A stretch of 64,000 nt of DNA, taken from positions 1,824,001-1,888,000 of the forward strand of contig CP143273.1 in the NCBI GenBank assembly GCA_051013385.1. Direction: 5' to 3'. Under the pieces are notes generated by a model that saw only the letters and a list, made by a program, of their open reading frames with translations, was not told where the DNA came from and did no database searches. Both the position numbers and the translations under genes were made by a program. This stretch comes from Phormidium sp. (lineage in GTDB: Bacteria > Cyanobacteriota > Cyanobacteriia > Cyanobacteriales > Aerosakkonemataceae). Numbering within the stretch: the stretch's first letter is position 1; the number at the start of each line of letters is the position of its first letter. Positions 38,713 through 48,576 of this stretch are shown here, one piece after another.

Positions 38713-39735
38713 CTATTGTTGAGTATTGTGTGCGATCGCATCCACCACTTCCCTCACCCGATAGATCGGTCTTCCTTGAGATTCATGGTAAGTTCGCATT
38801 AACAATTCCGCCAACAATCCGAAACTAAATAATTGCACGCCAGCTAATAACAACACAACTGCTAAAACCAATAAGGGACGATTACCAATTTCTTCTCCTA
38901 ATACTAACTTGACAAAAGTCAGATAACTTCCAATTGTAATTCCCGCAAACATGGAAATTAAACCCAACCATCCAAAAACGTGCATGGGACGGGTGAGAAA
39001 CTTCTTCATAAACCAAATAGTTAACAAATCCATTAATACCCGAAAAGTTCGCCCTAAACCGTACTTACTTTGACCAAAACGACGCGCATGATGACGTACA
39101 GGAATTTCGGTAATTCTGGCACCTTCAATGTAAGCTAGTGCAGGTAAAAAGCGATGTAATTCGCCGTAAAGGTTCATGTCTGCAACTAGTTCGGAACGGT
39201 ATGCTTTTAAAGAGCAACCATAATCATGTAATTTTACACCTGTAACTTTGCCAATTAACCAATTAGCAATTTTAGAAGGTAGCAGTCGATTTAAAGCAGC
39301 ATCTTGGCGATTTTTTCGCCACCCACTCACTAAATCATAACCTTCTTCCAGCTTGGCGATTAATAAGGGAATATCGGCGGGGTCGTTTTGCAAATCGCCA
39401 TCTAAAGTAACAACAACCTGTCCTTTAGCATAGTTGAAACCTGCTGCCATTGCCGCAGTTTGACCGTAATTTCGTCTGAGTAAAACTGCCCTTAAATCTG
39501 TTCTTAGTATGGCTTGTTCGCGGAGTAGTTGGGTAGAACCATCTTTGGAACCATCATCTACTAAAATTATTTCGTAGCTGAGTCCTGAATTTGTTAGGGA
39601 ATTAGCGATCGCATCAATCAAATGCGGTATACTTTCCACTTCATTATAAATCGGCACTACTACCGATACATTTAATTGATAGGGAAAAGCATTCTGCCGA
39701 ACAGTGTTTTGGTAAATTATCGCAGTCATGATCAC
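38713..39735 (-). CDS. GT2 glycosyltransferase (ArnC/DPM-like)
   Basis: VVPIYNE, VDDGSKD, RNYGQTAA, DGDLQND; two C-terminal TMs. Confidence 0.92.
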   Translation of the reverse strand: MIMTAIIYQNTVRQNAFPYQLNVSVVVPIYNEVESIPHLIDAIANSLTNSGLSYEIILVDDGSKDGSTQLLREQAILRTDLRAVLLRRNYGQTAAMAAGFNYAKGQVVVTLDGDLQNDPADIPLLIAKLEEGYDLVSGWRKNRQDAALNRLLPSKIANWLIGKVTGVKLHDYGCSLKAYRSELVADMNLYGELHRFLPALAYIEGARITEIPVRHHARRFGQSKYGLGRTFRVLMDLLTIWFMKKFLTRPMHVFGWLGLISMFAGITIGSYLTFVKLVLGEEIGNRPLLVLAVVLLLAGVQLFSFGLLAELLMRTYHESQGRPIYRVREVVDAIAHNTQQ

Positions 39736-39748
39736 TCCTCAAAAATTT

Positions 39749-40711
39749 TCAACTGCAATTCTCTTTGGCAAAGATTAGTTGGGAAAAACTTCCTAATCCA
39801 GCGCCAGCAGTTTCCGCCAGAATACTAATTAAGCGGTATAAAGCAACAGTGGCTAACATTATAGCGGGAGAAAAAGTGGAACCTAAAATTGTGAGTATTG
39901 TAGCTTCAAATACTCCCAGTCCTCCGGGTGCTCCAGGAACTATTAAACCCAAAAGCCAAGCTAAACTAAAAGCTGTGAACAGTAAAGGTATTTTACTCGG
40001 TTCGATCGCACTCAGCGCCCTTAAGGTTAACAAAAACCCTGTCCCCCTTAATCCCACAAAGCAGATTTCTCCCAGCAAAGGTGTTAAAGGATAACTTGCA
40101 ACTGGCAAAGCAGTTCCCTCAACATTTACTGAACCAGACTTTTGTTTTAACTTACTCAGCTTTTGAATCACTGGGTTTAAAATTCGCGGATGAATAGCTA
40201 TTAAGACTACCACTAATCCTAAAAGTTGCCAACCTAAAAAAGAGATATTTCTCGATACAATGAATGGAATGCCAATAAAGGTAACAAGCAAAGCGCTAGC
40301 TGCCATTAACAAAGGTTCTAATAATACAGCAACAGTGGCTATTTTTAGCGAAATACCTTCTTGTTTAGCGGCGACAATGCGACCATAGAAATGCCAAACA
40401 TTTCCCGGAATATACTTAGCAATGTTCGTTTTTAGGTAAACAGGAATTCCCCAAGTTGCGGTAATTGGTTGTTTAAGATGATGAAAAATCCACACCCAAA
40501 CCCAAGCCGACCAAATATGTGCTAGTAAGGTGATGGTAAATGCGATAGCTAAAATTCCCCATCCCGTAGCATTAATTCTAATTGCCGCCACTCCCGCCGC
40601 ATGATCTTTCAATTGTTGCACCAGAAAAAACAGCGTCCCCCCCAAAATCACCCACCGCAAATAAGGCTTAAATTTTGCATATCCTTGTTTAATAAACTTG
40701 GTTATTCTCAT
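39749..40711 (-). CDS. Lysylphosphatidylglycerol synthase TM (UPF0104) flippase-like protein
   Basis: KYIPGNVW, PGAPGGLGVFE; start coupled by TAATG to upstream stop. Confidence 0.85.
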   Translation of the reverse strand: MRITKFIKQGYAKFKPYLRWVILGGTLFFLVQQLKDHAAGVAAIRINATGWGILAIAFTITLLAHIWSAWVWVWIFHHLKQPITATWGIPVYLKTNIAKYIPGNVWHFYGRIVAAKQEGISLKIATVAVLLEPLLMAASALLVTFIGIPFIVSRNISFLGWQLLGLVVVLIAIHPRILNPVIQKLSKLKQKSGSVNVEGTALPVASYPLTPLLGEICFVGLRGTGFLLTLRALSAIEPSKIPLLFTAFSLAWLLGLIVPGAPGGLGVFEATILTILGSTFSPAIMLATVALYRLISILAETAGAGLGSFSQLIFAKENCS

Positions 40712-41409
40712 TATTCCCCAGTCCCCAATCCCCAATCCCCAGTCCCCAATCCCCTCACCACTCTGCCAAAACCTCGTAATTGCTGATAATAACCTTTGCT
40801 AACTTCATCATCTCGATCGGAAAGTGAATCGATCGCAATTCCATTCCGCCCTAACTTTTCCCCAGAACTGTGAATATAACAGTTATTGCCTAAATAAAGT
40901 CCCACATGAGTCGCCTTTTCATTATTACCAAAAAAGACAAAATCCCCCGGTTGTAACTCTTCAAAAGTCACCTTTTCTAGAAAAGCTTCCTGTTGATAAG
41001 CATCTCTGGGAATCCAAATACCGGAAGCAGCAAAAGCAGCTTGCATCAATCCCGAACAATCGTAATTTGGCCCTAATGTACCACCCCAGAGGTAACAATT
41101 GGGTTGTTGCATGGCATTTTGGGTAAAAGCAATGATTTCGGGTAACTTATTTTGAATTTCTTGGGGAGAAAGTGCGATCGCCTGATATGCTACTTCTGCC
41201 TGTAAGAGAAACTTTAAATCATCCTTTAGCAACCATCCCGGATAATTATCCTCCAGCAAACAAACTGAAACCGCCATATCCGCTGACTCTGACAAAACTT
41301 TCAGGTAACGTCCCACTTTAGCCTGAGTTGCCAAACGATTACAACTAGGAGAATCATATATATTGAGGTCTGTTTGGCAGATGTACTCAATTGATAGACT
41401 AAGGTTCAT
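40711..41409 (-). CDS. NlpC/P60 (C40) peptidase
   Basis: YLWGG, YDCSGL, PRDA.QQ, PGDFVFF, HVGLY. Confidence 0.92.
   Translation of the reverse strand: MNLSLSIEYICQTDLNIYDSPSCNRLATQAKVGRYLKVLSESADMAVSVCLLEDNYPGWLLKDDLKFLLQAEVAYQAIALSPQEIQNKLPEIIAFTQNAMQQPNCYLWGGTLGPNYDCSGLMQAAFAASGIWIPRDAYQQEAFLEKVTFEELQPGDFVFFGNNEKATHVGLYLGNNCYIHSSGEKLGRNGIAIDSLSDRDDEVSKGYYQQLRGFGRVVRGLGTGDWGLGTGE
40716..40754. repeat. STRR1-type heptamer (CCCCART)n inside the NlpC/P60 3' end
   Basis: ccccagtccccaatccccaatccccagtccccaatcccc encodes GLGTGDWGLGTGE. Confidence 0.85.
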
Positions 41410-41517
41410 AACACCTACTACTTTCAGGAGTGCTTCAGAGATCAAAAGTGACTTTGCCTAAAATATTTCTGGGTAAAGTTAAAAATCAACCATGAACAAT
41501 TTACATCTAGCAATAGA

Positions 41518-42453
41518 ATGAGCTTTTTCCGCAAAGACGAAAAACTAGAAAGTCTGGGTAATCAGATTTTACAGGCAACTTGGGCAGAATTCCCCGAATT
41601 AGGTCACAACCAAGTAGCCATGACTTGGATTGTCTACGATCCTCCCGTCGTAGTAAATACTGGAGGTGCCCTAAATCCCGAAACCTTTTGGCAACACCAA
41701 GTTCGCGGTTTTAATTATCGGGGATTCGATCGCATTTATCCCGCCAGCATCGTCAAGCTATTCTACCTCGTTGCCGTTTACGAATGGATCGAAAAAGGCA
41801 TGATCCAAACCTCCGCCGAGTTAGAAAGAGCGATCCGCGATATGATCGTAGACTCCAGCAACGATGCCACCAGCTTAATAGTCGATGTATTAACAGGCAC
41901 CACCAGTGGGCCAGAACTCACAACAGGGCCATTTGAAACTTGGAAATTACAGCGGAACTTAGTTAACCGCTACTTTCATTCTCTAGGATGGGCAGAATTA
42001 GAAACCATCAACGTCAACCAAAAAACTTGGTGTGATGGTCCCTACGGGCGGGAACGCTTGTTTGTCGGAGAAATGATGGAAAATCGCAATATGCTGACCA
42101 CCAACGCCACCGCCCGCTTGCTACATAGCATTATTGGCGGAGTTGCGGTATCCTCCAGAGCATCCCAAGCAATGATGGCATTAATGAAACGTGACCTGAA
42201 ACGGGTTGACTTAAACAGCAACGACGAAAATCAAATTACAGGTTTTCTCGGTGGAGGACTTCCCCAAAACGCCCAAATTTGGTCAAAAGCTGGTTGGACA
42301 AGTCAAGTGCGTCATGATGCTGCATACATTGAGATTCCCGACAAACCACCTTACTTGTTAATCGTCTTTACCGAAGGCAAAGCCCACAGTCAGAACAAAG
42401 CCATTTTACCTTTCATCTCTCGGCAAGTACTTGCCGCTACAAGCAACCTATGA
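41518..42453 (+). CDS. Class A beta-lactamase-like serine hydrolase
   Basis: ASIVK (SxxK), SSNDAT, SKAG, RHDAA. Confidence 0.9.
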   Translation: MSFFRKDEKLESLGNQILQATWAEFPELGHNQVAMTWIVYDPPVVVNTGGALNPETFWQHQVRGFNYRGFDRIYPASIVKLFYLVAVYEWIEKGMIQTSAELERAIRDMIVDSSNDATSLIVDVLTGTTSGPELTTGPFETWKLQRNLVNRYFHSLGWAELETINVNQKTWCDGPYGRERLFVGEMMENRNMLTTNATARLLHSIIGGVAVSSRASQAMMALMKRDLKRVDLNSNDENQITGFLGGGLPQNAQIWSKAGWTSQVRHDAAYIEIPDKPPYLLIVFTEGKAHSQNKAILPFISRQVLAATSNL

Positions 42454-42563
42454 GTTTGTGAAAAACCTTTTGGGTTATCACTGTAGGATGGGCATCTTGC
42501 CCGTCTAATCATCAGATAGTAGAAAAACGTAGTATAAAGGAGTAAAACGTAGTGAAATGAGGT

Positions 42564-43148
42564 ATGTATCTAACACCGAAACAAGTGTATCAGAAGTATG
42601 GATATCACCCTAAGACGTTAGCTGACTGGGCTGATGCAGGCAAGATTCCTTGTATCAAGTCAGCGGGAGGGCATCGCAGATACCCAGTTCTGGCACTGGA
42701 AAACATGAAAAGCGAACCCAGTGTCGCTTTCGCCAAGGTGGTAACTTACGCCAGAGTATCGACACAATCCCAAAAAGAAGACTTGCAATCGCAGATTGAT
42801 TACCTAGCGTCAAGATATCCCAACTGCGAGTGCATAAGCGACATTGGCTCAGGATTGAACTTTAAACGAAAGAAATTTCTGAGATTAATGCAAAGAGTTG
42901 CAGATCGAGAAATTCAGACTTTGGTAGTGGCACACAAAGACAGGCTATGCAGGTTTGGTTTCGATTTTGTGGAATGGTTCTGCAACCTAAATAACTGCGA
43001 AATTGTTGTTCTAAACAACAACTATCAATCTCCTCAGCAAGAGTTCTTGGAGGATTTTATGGCAATCATGCACTGCTTCAGCGCCAAATTATACTTCCTG
43101 AGAAAATACGAAAAACAGATGGTCTCAGAGTTAGACAAAACACTGTGA
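42564..43148 (+). CDS. tnpA: IS607 serine transposase
   Basis: MerR-like HTH (GGHRRY), YARVS, DIGSGLN, HKDRLCRFGF. Confidence 0.95.
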   Translation: MYLTPKQVYQKYGYHPKTLADWADAGKIPCIKSAGGHRRYPVLALENMKSEPSVAFAKVVTYARVSTQSQKEDLQSQIDYLASRYPNCECISDIGSGLNFKRKKFLRLMQRVADREIQTLVVAHKDRLCRFGFDFVEWFCNLNNCEIVVLNNNYQSPQQEFLEDFMAIMHCFSAKLYFLRKYEKQMVSELDKTL

Positions 43149-43190
43149 ATCGGAGTATACTAAAAGTAATTCAATCTCCTGGTTTCAGTT

Positions 43191-44492
43191 GTGCTAAAAG
43201 CCAAGAAAGGATTCTCAATAACCACTAAGTCGGTCAAGGCAAAACTTGAGCGAACAAGAGTGAATCAGCAAGAAACCAAAGATGCCTACAATGAAGTAGT
43301 GCATTTTTATTTCTTGCTGATTGAAGAAGATCCTCTTGGCTTAACAATCCCCAAAACAGATAAGGGAGGATGGCGCTACTACGAAATCAAAACATTGAAC
43401 GATGAATTCATTAAGGGATTGCCTTCACCATTCAAGAGAGCCGCAATTCGTCAAGCCATTGGTGCTTATGAATCGTGGCACAGCAATTACCAAAGATGGC
43501 TGAATCGTCCCAAAAAGATGAAGCGCCACAAACCACCAGTACATCCCAGGAAGTTCAACTTTAATCCTCAATATGATTCTGGGATGTGGAAGGAAGATGA
43601 TGGCGCTTCCATCGTTTTAAAAGTATTGGTTAATGGTGAATGGAAATGGATTAAGCATCAATATCAAAGCCCAGAAATTGAATTGGACTGGGTAAAATGC
43701 TCTCCGAGAGTGCAGGTGAAAGGTAACTCCTTTTGGTTGGTTTTCCCAATCGAGAAATATGTACCTGCTACTGGAGGGATTAAAAAGATTATGTCAACCC
43801 CTAAGTTTAGAACTTGCGGGATTGACATGGATCTCGACAAACACATTGCGATTTGCACCGTACTAGAAACCAACGCCAGAGGCGAATCGACGGAAGTTGC
43901 TAGATTTTTTATCAATCAGTCAGGCCATGTAGCGCGTAGGAAGCGGAATCTAGGACGGATTGCGGTCAAAATGAATCAAACTGGCATTATTTCCCAAGGC
44001 TTTGCTAACCAACGGTGGCAGAAATTATCGAGGCGAGAGGTAGAGTTTTCTAGGGATGTATCCAGGCTAATTGTCGAATTTGCTAGACATTGGCAAGTTA
44101 AAGTTATTAGCTTCGAGCATTTAGGAAACCTACGTCCCCAAAGAGGAAAATACTCTAAGCGATCCAATCAAAAACGTGCTTATTGGTTAAAAAGCAAAGT
44201 TTACGAACAAGTGAAAAGAATTGCTTTTCAGGATTATGGAATATTGGTAACTAGGGTTAATCCGAGAAATACCAGCAAACTTAGTCCTGATGGGATTCCT
44301 GTGTGGAGAGGCAATCAGTTTCCTAGTTCAATATGGGAGTTTTTGGAGTATCAATCAGGCGCTAACTTTGTCGCTACTCCTGATGGTTATAAAGCTCATT
44401 CGGGACTTAATGCTGCTCGAAATATCGCTCTCAAAGCGATTAAGCGTAACTTGCCAGAAGCTACGCTTAAACTCAAAAGCCTAGAGCGGTAA
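43191..44492 (+). CDS. tnpB: TnpB-family RNA-guided nuclease homolog with atypical active site
   Basis: GIDMD, ISFEHL, VNPRNTS, HSGLNAARNI. Confidence 0.88.
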   Translation: MLKAKKGFSITTKSVKAKLERTRVNQQETKDAYNEVVHFYFLLIEEDPLGLTIPKTDKGGWRYYEIKTLNDEFIKGLPSPFKRAAIRQAIGAYESWHSNYQRWLNRPKKMKRHKPPVHPRKFNFNPQYDSGMWKEDDGASIVLKVLVNGEWKWIKHQYQSPEIELDWVKCSPRVQVKGNSFWLVFPIEKYVPATGGIKKIMSTPKFRTCGIDMDLDKHIAICTVLETNARGESTEVARFFINQSGHVARRKRNLGRIAVKMNQTGIISQGFANQRWQKLSRREVEFSRDVSRLIVEFARHWQVKVISFEHLGNLRPQRGKYSKRSNQKRAYWLKSKVYEQVKRIAFQDYGILVTRVNPRNTSKLSPDGIPVWRGNQFPSSIWEFLEYQSGANFVATPDGYKAHSGLNAARNIALKAIKRNLPEATLKLKSLER

Positions 44493-44710
44493 CGCTAATG
44501 GTGTGCAATCAAACTTGAACGGTAAGCAACGCCACTTTGATTGTACTGGGCTTGGGTAGACTGCGCCTAATGATTCCTACGCTCACTACGCCCCATCGGT
44601 CGGATCTAGTATCCAATAGGCTTAGGGATGCGCTTACAGAGGAGTCTAAAAAGTGAACCGAATTACGCTGTTTGGCTACGCTTTACTGCGTTTTTGGGCT
44701 ACTCCTTATA
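44493..44710 (+). ncRNA. Putative omega/reRNA scaffold of TnpB
   Basis: Lies directly after tnpB; stem GTGCAATCAAA/TTTGATTGTAC; boundaries uncertain. Confidence 0.5.
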
Positions 44711-44869
44711 AGATCGGGCAGAAGGCAAAAGAGCTTTTTACTTGGTGCGAAAATCCTTCCTCTGGTGAGTAGCAAAACTTATAAAAATCTCTTAGATTAA
44801 AATTATAGAATGAAATTTAGTATAAAATTTCACTGATATTTGAAGGTTGAACCACTTTGTTTGTGAGGA

Positions 44870-45730
44870 GTGACAGTGAATAACCTTTTTTTGCAACGCG
44901 CTATTTTTCTGCTTAGTCTTACAGCTATGGCTGGTGGAATTGGTAATTTACCCGCACAAGCTGAAACACCAAAAGTGAAAATGTCGGGTAATTCTGAGTC
45001 GATGGTTGCCCAAAGTAATCAGCAAAACTTGGAACAAAGATCATCAAGTAACTTAGGGGAAGTTGACCAATCAAATATAGTATCTGCGATCGATTCGGCA
45101 GAACAACAATTAACAAATTCTTCATCTGACGACAAAAGTTCACCAGTTCCAGGGACAACTCTTACATCGGCGGCAAATCTGCTAGGTCAAACTGTTACTA
45201 ACTCTAATTCCCGAACTTCTACCGCTACAACAGAGAACACTAGAACCAGTAATTCTGGAACCAAAAAGGGGACTCAAGTAGCACAGTTTGAAATAGAACC
45301 AGGTCGAGAAACTCGTTCCGGTTCTAGCTACGTTGGTGCTGGCGGTAACATCGGTTTAAGTGGTGAATCGGGAATCGGAGAAAATGGTTTTGCCTTATTT
45401 AGTAAAATTGGTTTAACCAGGGCATTATCTGTGCGACCAATGGTGGTTTTTGCTGGTGATACTGACTTTATCATCCCGATAACTTACGATTTTGCGATCA
45501 CCGCCGAACCATTCCAAAGAATTAATTTAGCTCCTTTTGTCGGTATAGGCGCAATTATCACTACCTATCGCGAACGCAATGCTGGTCTTGCCTTAACGGG
45601 CGGTGTAGATATTCCCATCACAGCGAATTTTACCGCTGTAGGTAGCGTCACACTAGGTTTTGTCGATACTACAAGTGTGGGTATATTGTTGGGTGTAGGT
45701 TATAACTTCGGTCAAGGATTTAGATTCTAA
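44870..45730 (+). CDS. Secreted protein with C-terminal outer-membrane beta-barrel
   Basis: Signal peptide (PAQA), low-complexity linker, SYVGAGGNIG, PITYDF, GVGYNF; true start may be GTG 44876. Confidence 0.8.
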   Translation: MTVNNLFLQRAIFLLSLTAMAGGIGNLPAQAETPKVKMSGNSESMVAQSNQQNLEQRSSSNLGEVDQSNIVSAIDSAEQQLTNSSSDDKSSPVPGTTLTSAANLLGQTVTNSNSRTSTATTENTRTSNSGTKKGTQVAQFEIEPGRETRSGSSYVGAGGNIGLSGESGIGENGFALFSKIGLTRALSVRPMVVFAGDTDFIIPITYDFAITAEPFQRINLAPFVGIGAIITTYRERNAGLALTGGVDIPITANFTAVGSVTLGFVDTTSVGILLGVGYNFGQGFRF

Positions 45731-46047
45731 GATTTCGTGAATGGGGACAATTGTCTGCCGATTCTCTAGAAATGTGGATTGCACCCCTTTCTTTGCAGAA
45801 GGGGGTTTGCTTCCTAAATTACCTGAGAAATTATCAGGAAAAATACTATTGATAAATCAAAGAAAATTATTTACAGAATTTTGTCAACTTATTGTATAGT
45901 TGCTTACCTTAAATTGTTACTTTAAGATTTTATAGCCTTAAGTAGGAAAATTTATAAAAATCGCTCAATGCTAAAATTAACCATATAGAATAAAATTAAT
46001 CATAGTGTGATTTTGACTTTTGGCAATAAACCAAGTCTTTGTGAGGA

Positions 46048-46842
46048 GTGACCGTGAGTAATATTACTTTTGATTTCCAGAGAAACATTTTTCTATATGT
46101 TGGTGCGATCGCCAGTGGATTAACTGTATCCTTAACTACTCTTAATGGATTACCCGCCCAAGCTGAAACAGTTAATAATAGCAGCCCAAAGATTCAACAA
46201 ACCGTTAACAGTAACATTCTGATCCAAGACTTAACCTTAACATCAGAAGAAATTTCCCCAACCCCAAAAGCAGCTGCTTTCAACATTCAATCAGAAGCAA
46301 CACAAACCGAAATCCCAAAAGCAGAAGCAAAAAACCAACCCTTTCCGGGAACAACAGAAACCTCAGCCTCAGTTTTGTTAGAACAACCTCAAACAAAAAG
46401 TCAACTCGCACAATTTGGCGATGTTGAACCTAGTCGGACAACTACTGGTAGCGGTTACATAGGCATTGGCGGTAACTTAGGAGTTGCAGGCGGCACAGCC
46501 ATAGGAGATTTAGGCTTTACCCTGTTTGCCAGATTTGGCTTGAGTAGAAATTTTTCCGTCAGACCAGCCTTAATAATTGGCAATGATTTCGACATTCTCT
46601 TGCCAATAACTTATGACTTTGCCATAGAAAATACTCCTTTCCTGCCTTTCGTTGGCGGTGGCTTGCTAATCACAACTGAAAGTGGCAATGTCGGCGGCTT
46701 AATTACAGGCGGAATTGATGTTCCCATCAGCAGGCAATTTACCGCCACAGGTCGCTTGAACGTTGGCTTTACCAGTAAGGATGCCGCACTTGGATTCATC
46801 TTCGGTATAGGCTACAACTTCGCCCCCGGATTTGGATTCTAA
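46048..46842 (+). CDS. Paralogous outer-membrane beta-barrel protein
   Basis: PAQAET, YIGIGGNLG, PITYDF, GIGYNF; true start may be GTG 46054. Confidence 0.8.
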   Translation: MTVSNITFDFQRNIFLYVGAIASGLTVSLTTLNGLPAQAETVNNSSPKIQQTVNSNILIQDLTLTSEEISPTPKAAAFNIQSEATQTEIPKAEAKNQPFPGTTETSASVLLEQPQTKSQLAQFGDVEPSRTTTGSGYIGIGGNLGVAGGTAIGDLGFTLFARFGLSRNFSVRPALIIGNDFDILLPITYDFAIENTPFLPFVGGGLLITTESGNVGGLITGGIDVPISRQFTATGRLNVGFTSKDAALGFIFGIGYNFAPGFGF

Positions 46843-46982
46843 GGCAACAGGAACAAAGGGACAAGGGAACAAGGGGAAGTTTTGAGTTGTAGGGGCGGGT
46901 TTAACAAAGAATTCCCTGGTCAGAGCAGAAGAGTTCACAACAAAACTCGCCCTTACAGAGTTTTGAGTTAAGACGTTTTCTT

Positions 46983-47023
46983 GCCCCGAGAGCCCCGAGA
47001 GCCCCGAGAGCCCCGAGAGCCCC
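46983..47023. repeat. Tandem 9-mer (GCCCCGAGA)x4.5
   Basis: Read directly. Confidence 0.9.
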
Positions 47024-48408
47024 TACTTTGGGCTAACTTTCCCTGTTACCTTCAATTTACCGTCATCTAAGACAGTCCAAACATCGTAGCTGCCGATGAC
47101 ATCGCCATTTTCATCGATGTCAACGTTGCCGCTAGCACCTTGGTAATTAATGTCTTTGCCTTGACGGACTAATTCCAAAGCTTTGCAAACGTCAGTTACT
47201 TCTTCACCAGGGGCATTCGCAACTTCGCGAATTTTACTTTTAATTCCTTCCCCGGTGTTTGATTTAGAAGCTTGTGCTGCCAATGCTAACAAAGCAGCAG
47301 CATCCCAAGAGTGGGGAACAAAAGCGCTTACCGGGCGTTTTTCCTTTGCTTCCCAAGATTTGGTGAACTCTGTAAGTGATTGACCGCTGGCACCGGGAAC
47401 AGTTCCGATCGCATTCGCTAAAATAAACTTACCATCACTAGTTTTGCCCACTTGTGGCGGAAATTCAGGAGAATACACACCATCGGTAAGCATTACCGTG
47501 ACTCCCTTCATTAACCCTTGTTCGTAAGCAGACTTAAGCAACAAAGAACCAGTTTCAGCATACAAAACTGCTACTACCGCATCAGGTTTACCAGCAAAAG
47601 CCGCCGATGCTTCTGATTCAAACGTAGTTGCTTTTGGGTCATAACGAGTCGGTTTAGCTTCGTTGACTACCGTTCCCCCCAAAGCTTTAAAGGCTTTGAC
47701 AAATTCCTGTTCAAAACCTACACCGTAATCATTATTAATTACAACCGTAGAAACTCGCTTAAAGCCTCTTTCACTCGCTAGTTTAGCTAAAGCTTGCGCC
47801 TGATAAGTATCTGGTGGGGCAGTCCGCGCCCAAAAACCTTCGAAATCACCCTTTTTGGCTCTTTCGGTAAATACTGGACTCGTACTACCAGGAGAAATTA
47901 ACATTACTTTGTTCCGGGCGGCAATATCTACAGCAGCACTAGACACACTACTAGCAAAAGAACCCACAACTCCGGCAACTTTATCCACTTCCGCTAGTTT
48001 AGTCATTGCCGCTGCCCCAGCTTCCGGTTTCGTTTGGTCATCTTCCGCAACTAAAGTGATAGGTTGACCGTTGACACCACCACATTTATTGACAGTTTCC
48101 ACTAACAACGGCACAGCAGCCATCATCGGTTGTCCAATGGATGCTAAGTCCCCAGTCGAAGGTAGCAAATAACCAAGTCGCAACCCATTTCCCGTCGCCG
48201 CTGGCGTTGGCGCAGCAGTAGGGGTAGTGGCAGCATTTTGGGCAGCGGGGGTGGCGGTGGTAACACCAGCGTTGTTGGTAGTGGTGCTTTGACAAGCAGC
48301 TGCCAAAAAGCCTGTAATTAAAGGGATAATGGCGAGAGTAAGTTTTGTTTTAAGCTGTAGGATAGGCATCTTGCCTGTCTCACTTGGTTTTTTCGGTCTT
48401 TTCATCAT
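47023..48408 (-). CDS. Branched-chain/neutral amino-acid ABC substrate-binding lipoprotein (NatB-like)
   Basis: Lipobox LAAAC, GGVNG, ISPGSTS, ARTAPPD, YQGASG. Confidence 0.9.
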   Translation of the reverse strand: MMKRPKKPSETGKMPILQLKTKLTLAIIPLITGFLAAACQSTTTNNAGVTTATPAAQNAATTPTAAPTPAATGNGLRLGYLLPSTGDLASIGQPMMAAVPLLVETVNKCGGVNGQPITLVAEDDQTKPEAGAAAMTKLAEVDKVAGVVGSFASSVSSAAVDIAARNKVMLISPGSTSPVFTERAKKGDFEGFWARTAPPDTYQAQALAKLASERGFKRVSTVVINNDYGVGFEQEFVKAFKALGGTVVNEAKPTRYDPKATTFESEASAAFAGKPDAVVAVLYAETGSLLLKSAYEQGLMKGVTVMLTDGVYSPEFPPQVGKTSDGKFILANAIGTVPGASGQSLTEFTKSWEAKEKRPVSAFVPHSWDAAALLALAAQASKSNTGEGIKSKIREVANAPGEEVTDVCKALELVRQGKDINYQGASGNVDIDENGDVIGSYDVWTVLDDGKLKVTGKVSPK

Positions 48409-48537
48409 TTGGCTACTGAACTTCTCCTCAGTCAACTACAAATACAGGGCAAAATTGGCTCTTTGATTTTAACCTTCAGTTGGTTGACAAAAACTTTACC
48501 ATCTTCTATTAGTTTCGCCAAAATTACTCAGATGCGC

Positions 48538-48576
48538 TTGAGCTCCCCGACTTCTTCAAGAAGTCGGGGAGCTCAA
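48538..48576. repeat. Perfect 19-bp-arm palindrome overlapping the PPTase stop codon
   Basis: TTGAGCTCCCCGACTTCTT-C-AAGAAGTCGGGGAGCTCAA. Confidence 0.9.

Larger units (their letters stand above)
42510..44710 (+). mobile_element. IS607-family element (tnpA + tnpB); ends approximate
   Basis: Serine recombinase plus TnpB; 10-bp phased AAAACGTAGT-like repeats at 42521-42556; structured 3' tail. Confidence 0.85.

Noticed and set aside
42564..44710. Cas12/CRISPR-associated or group I intron (IStron) interpretation of the IS607 element
   Set aside because: No repeat-spacer array, element is intergenic, and too little sequence before tnpA for an intron core
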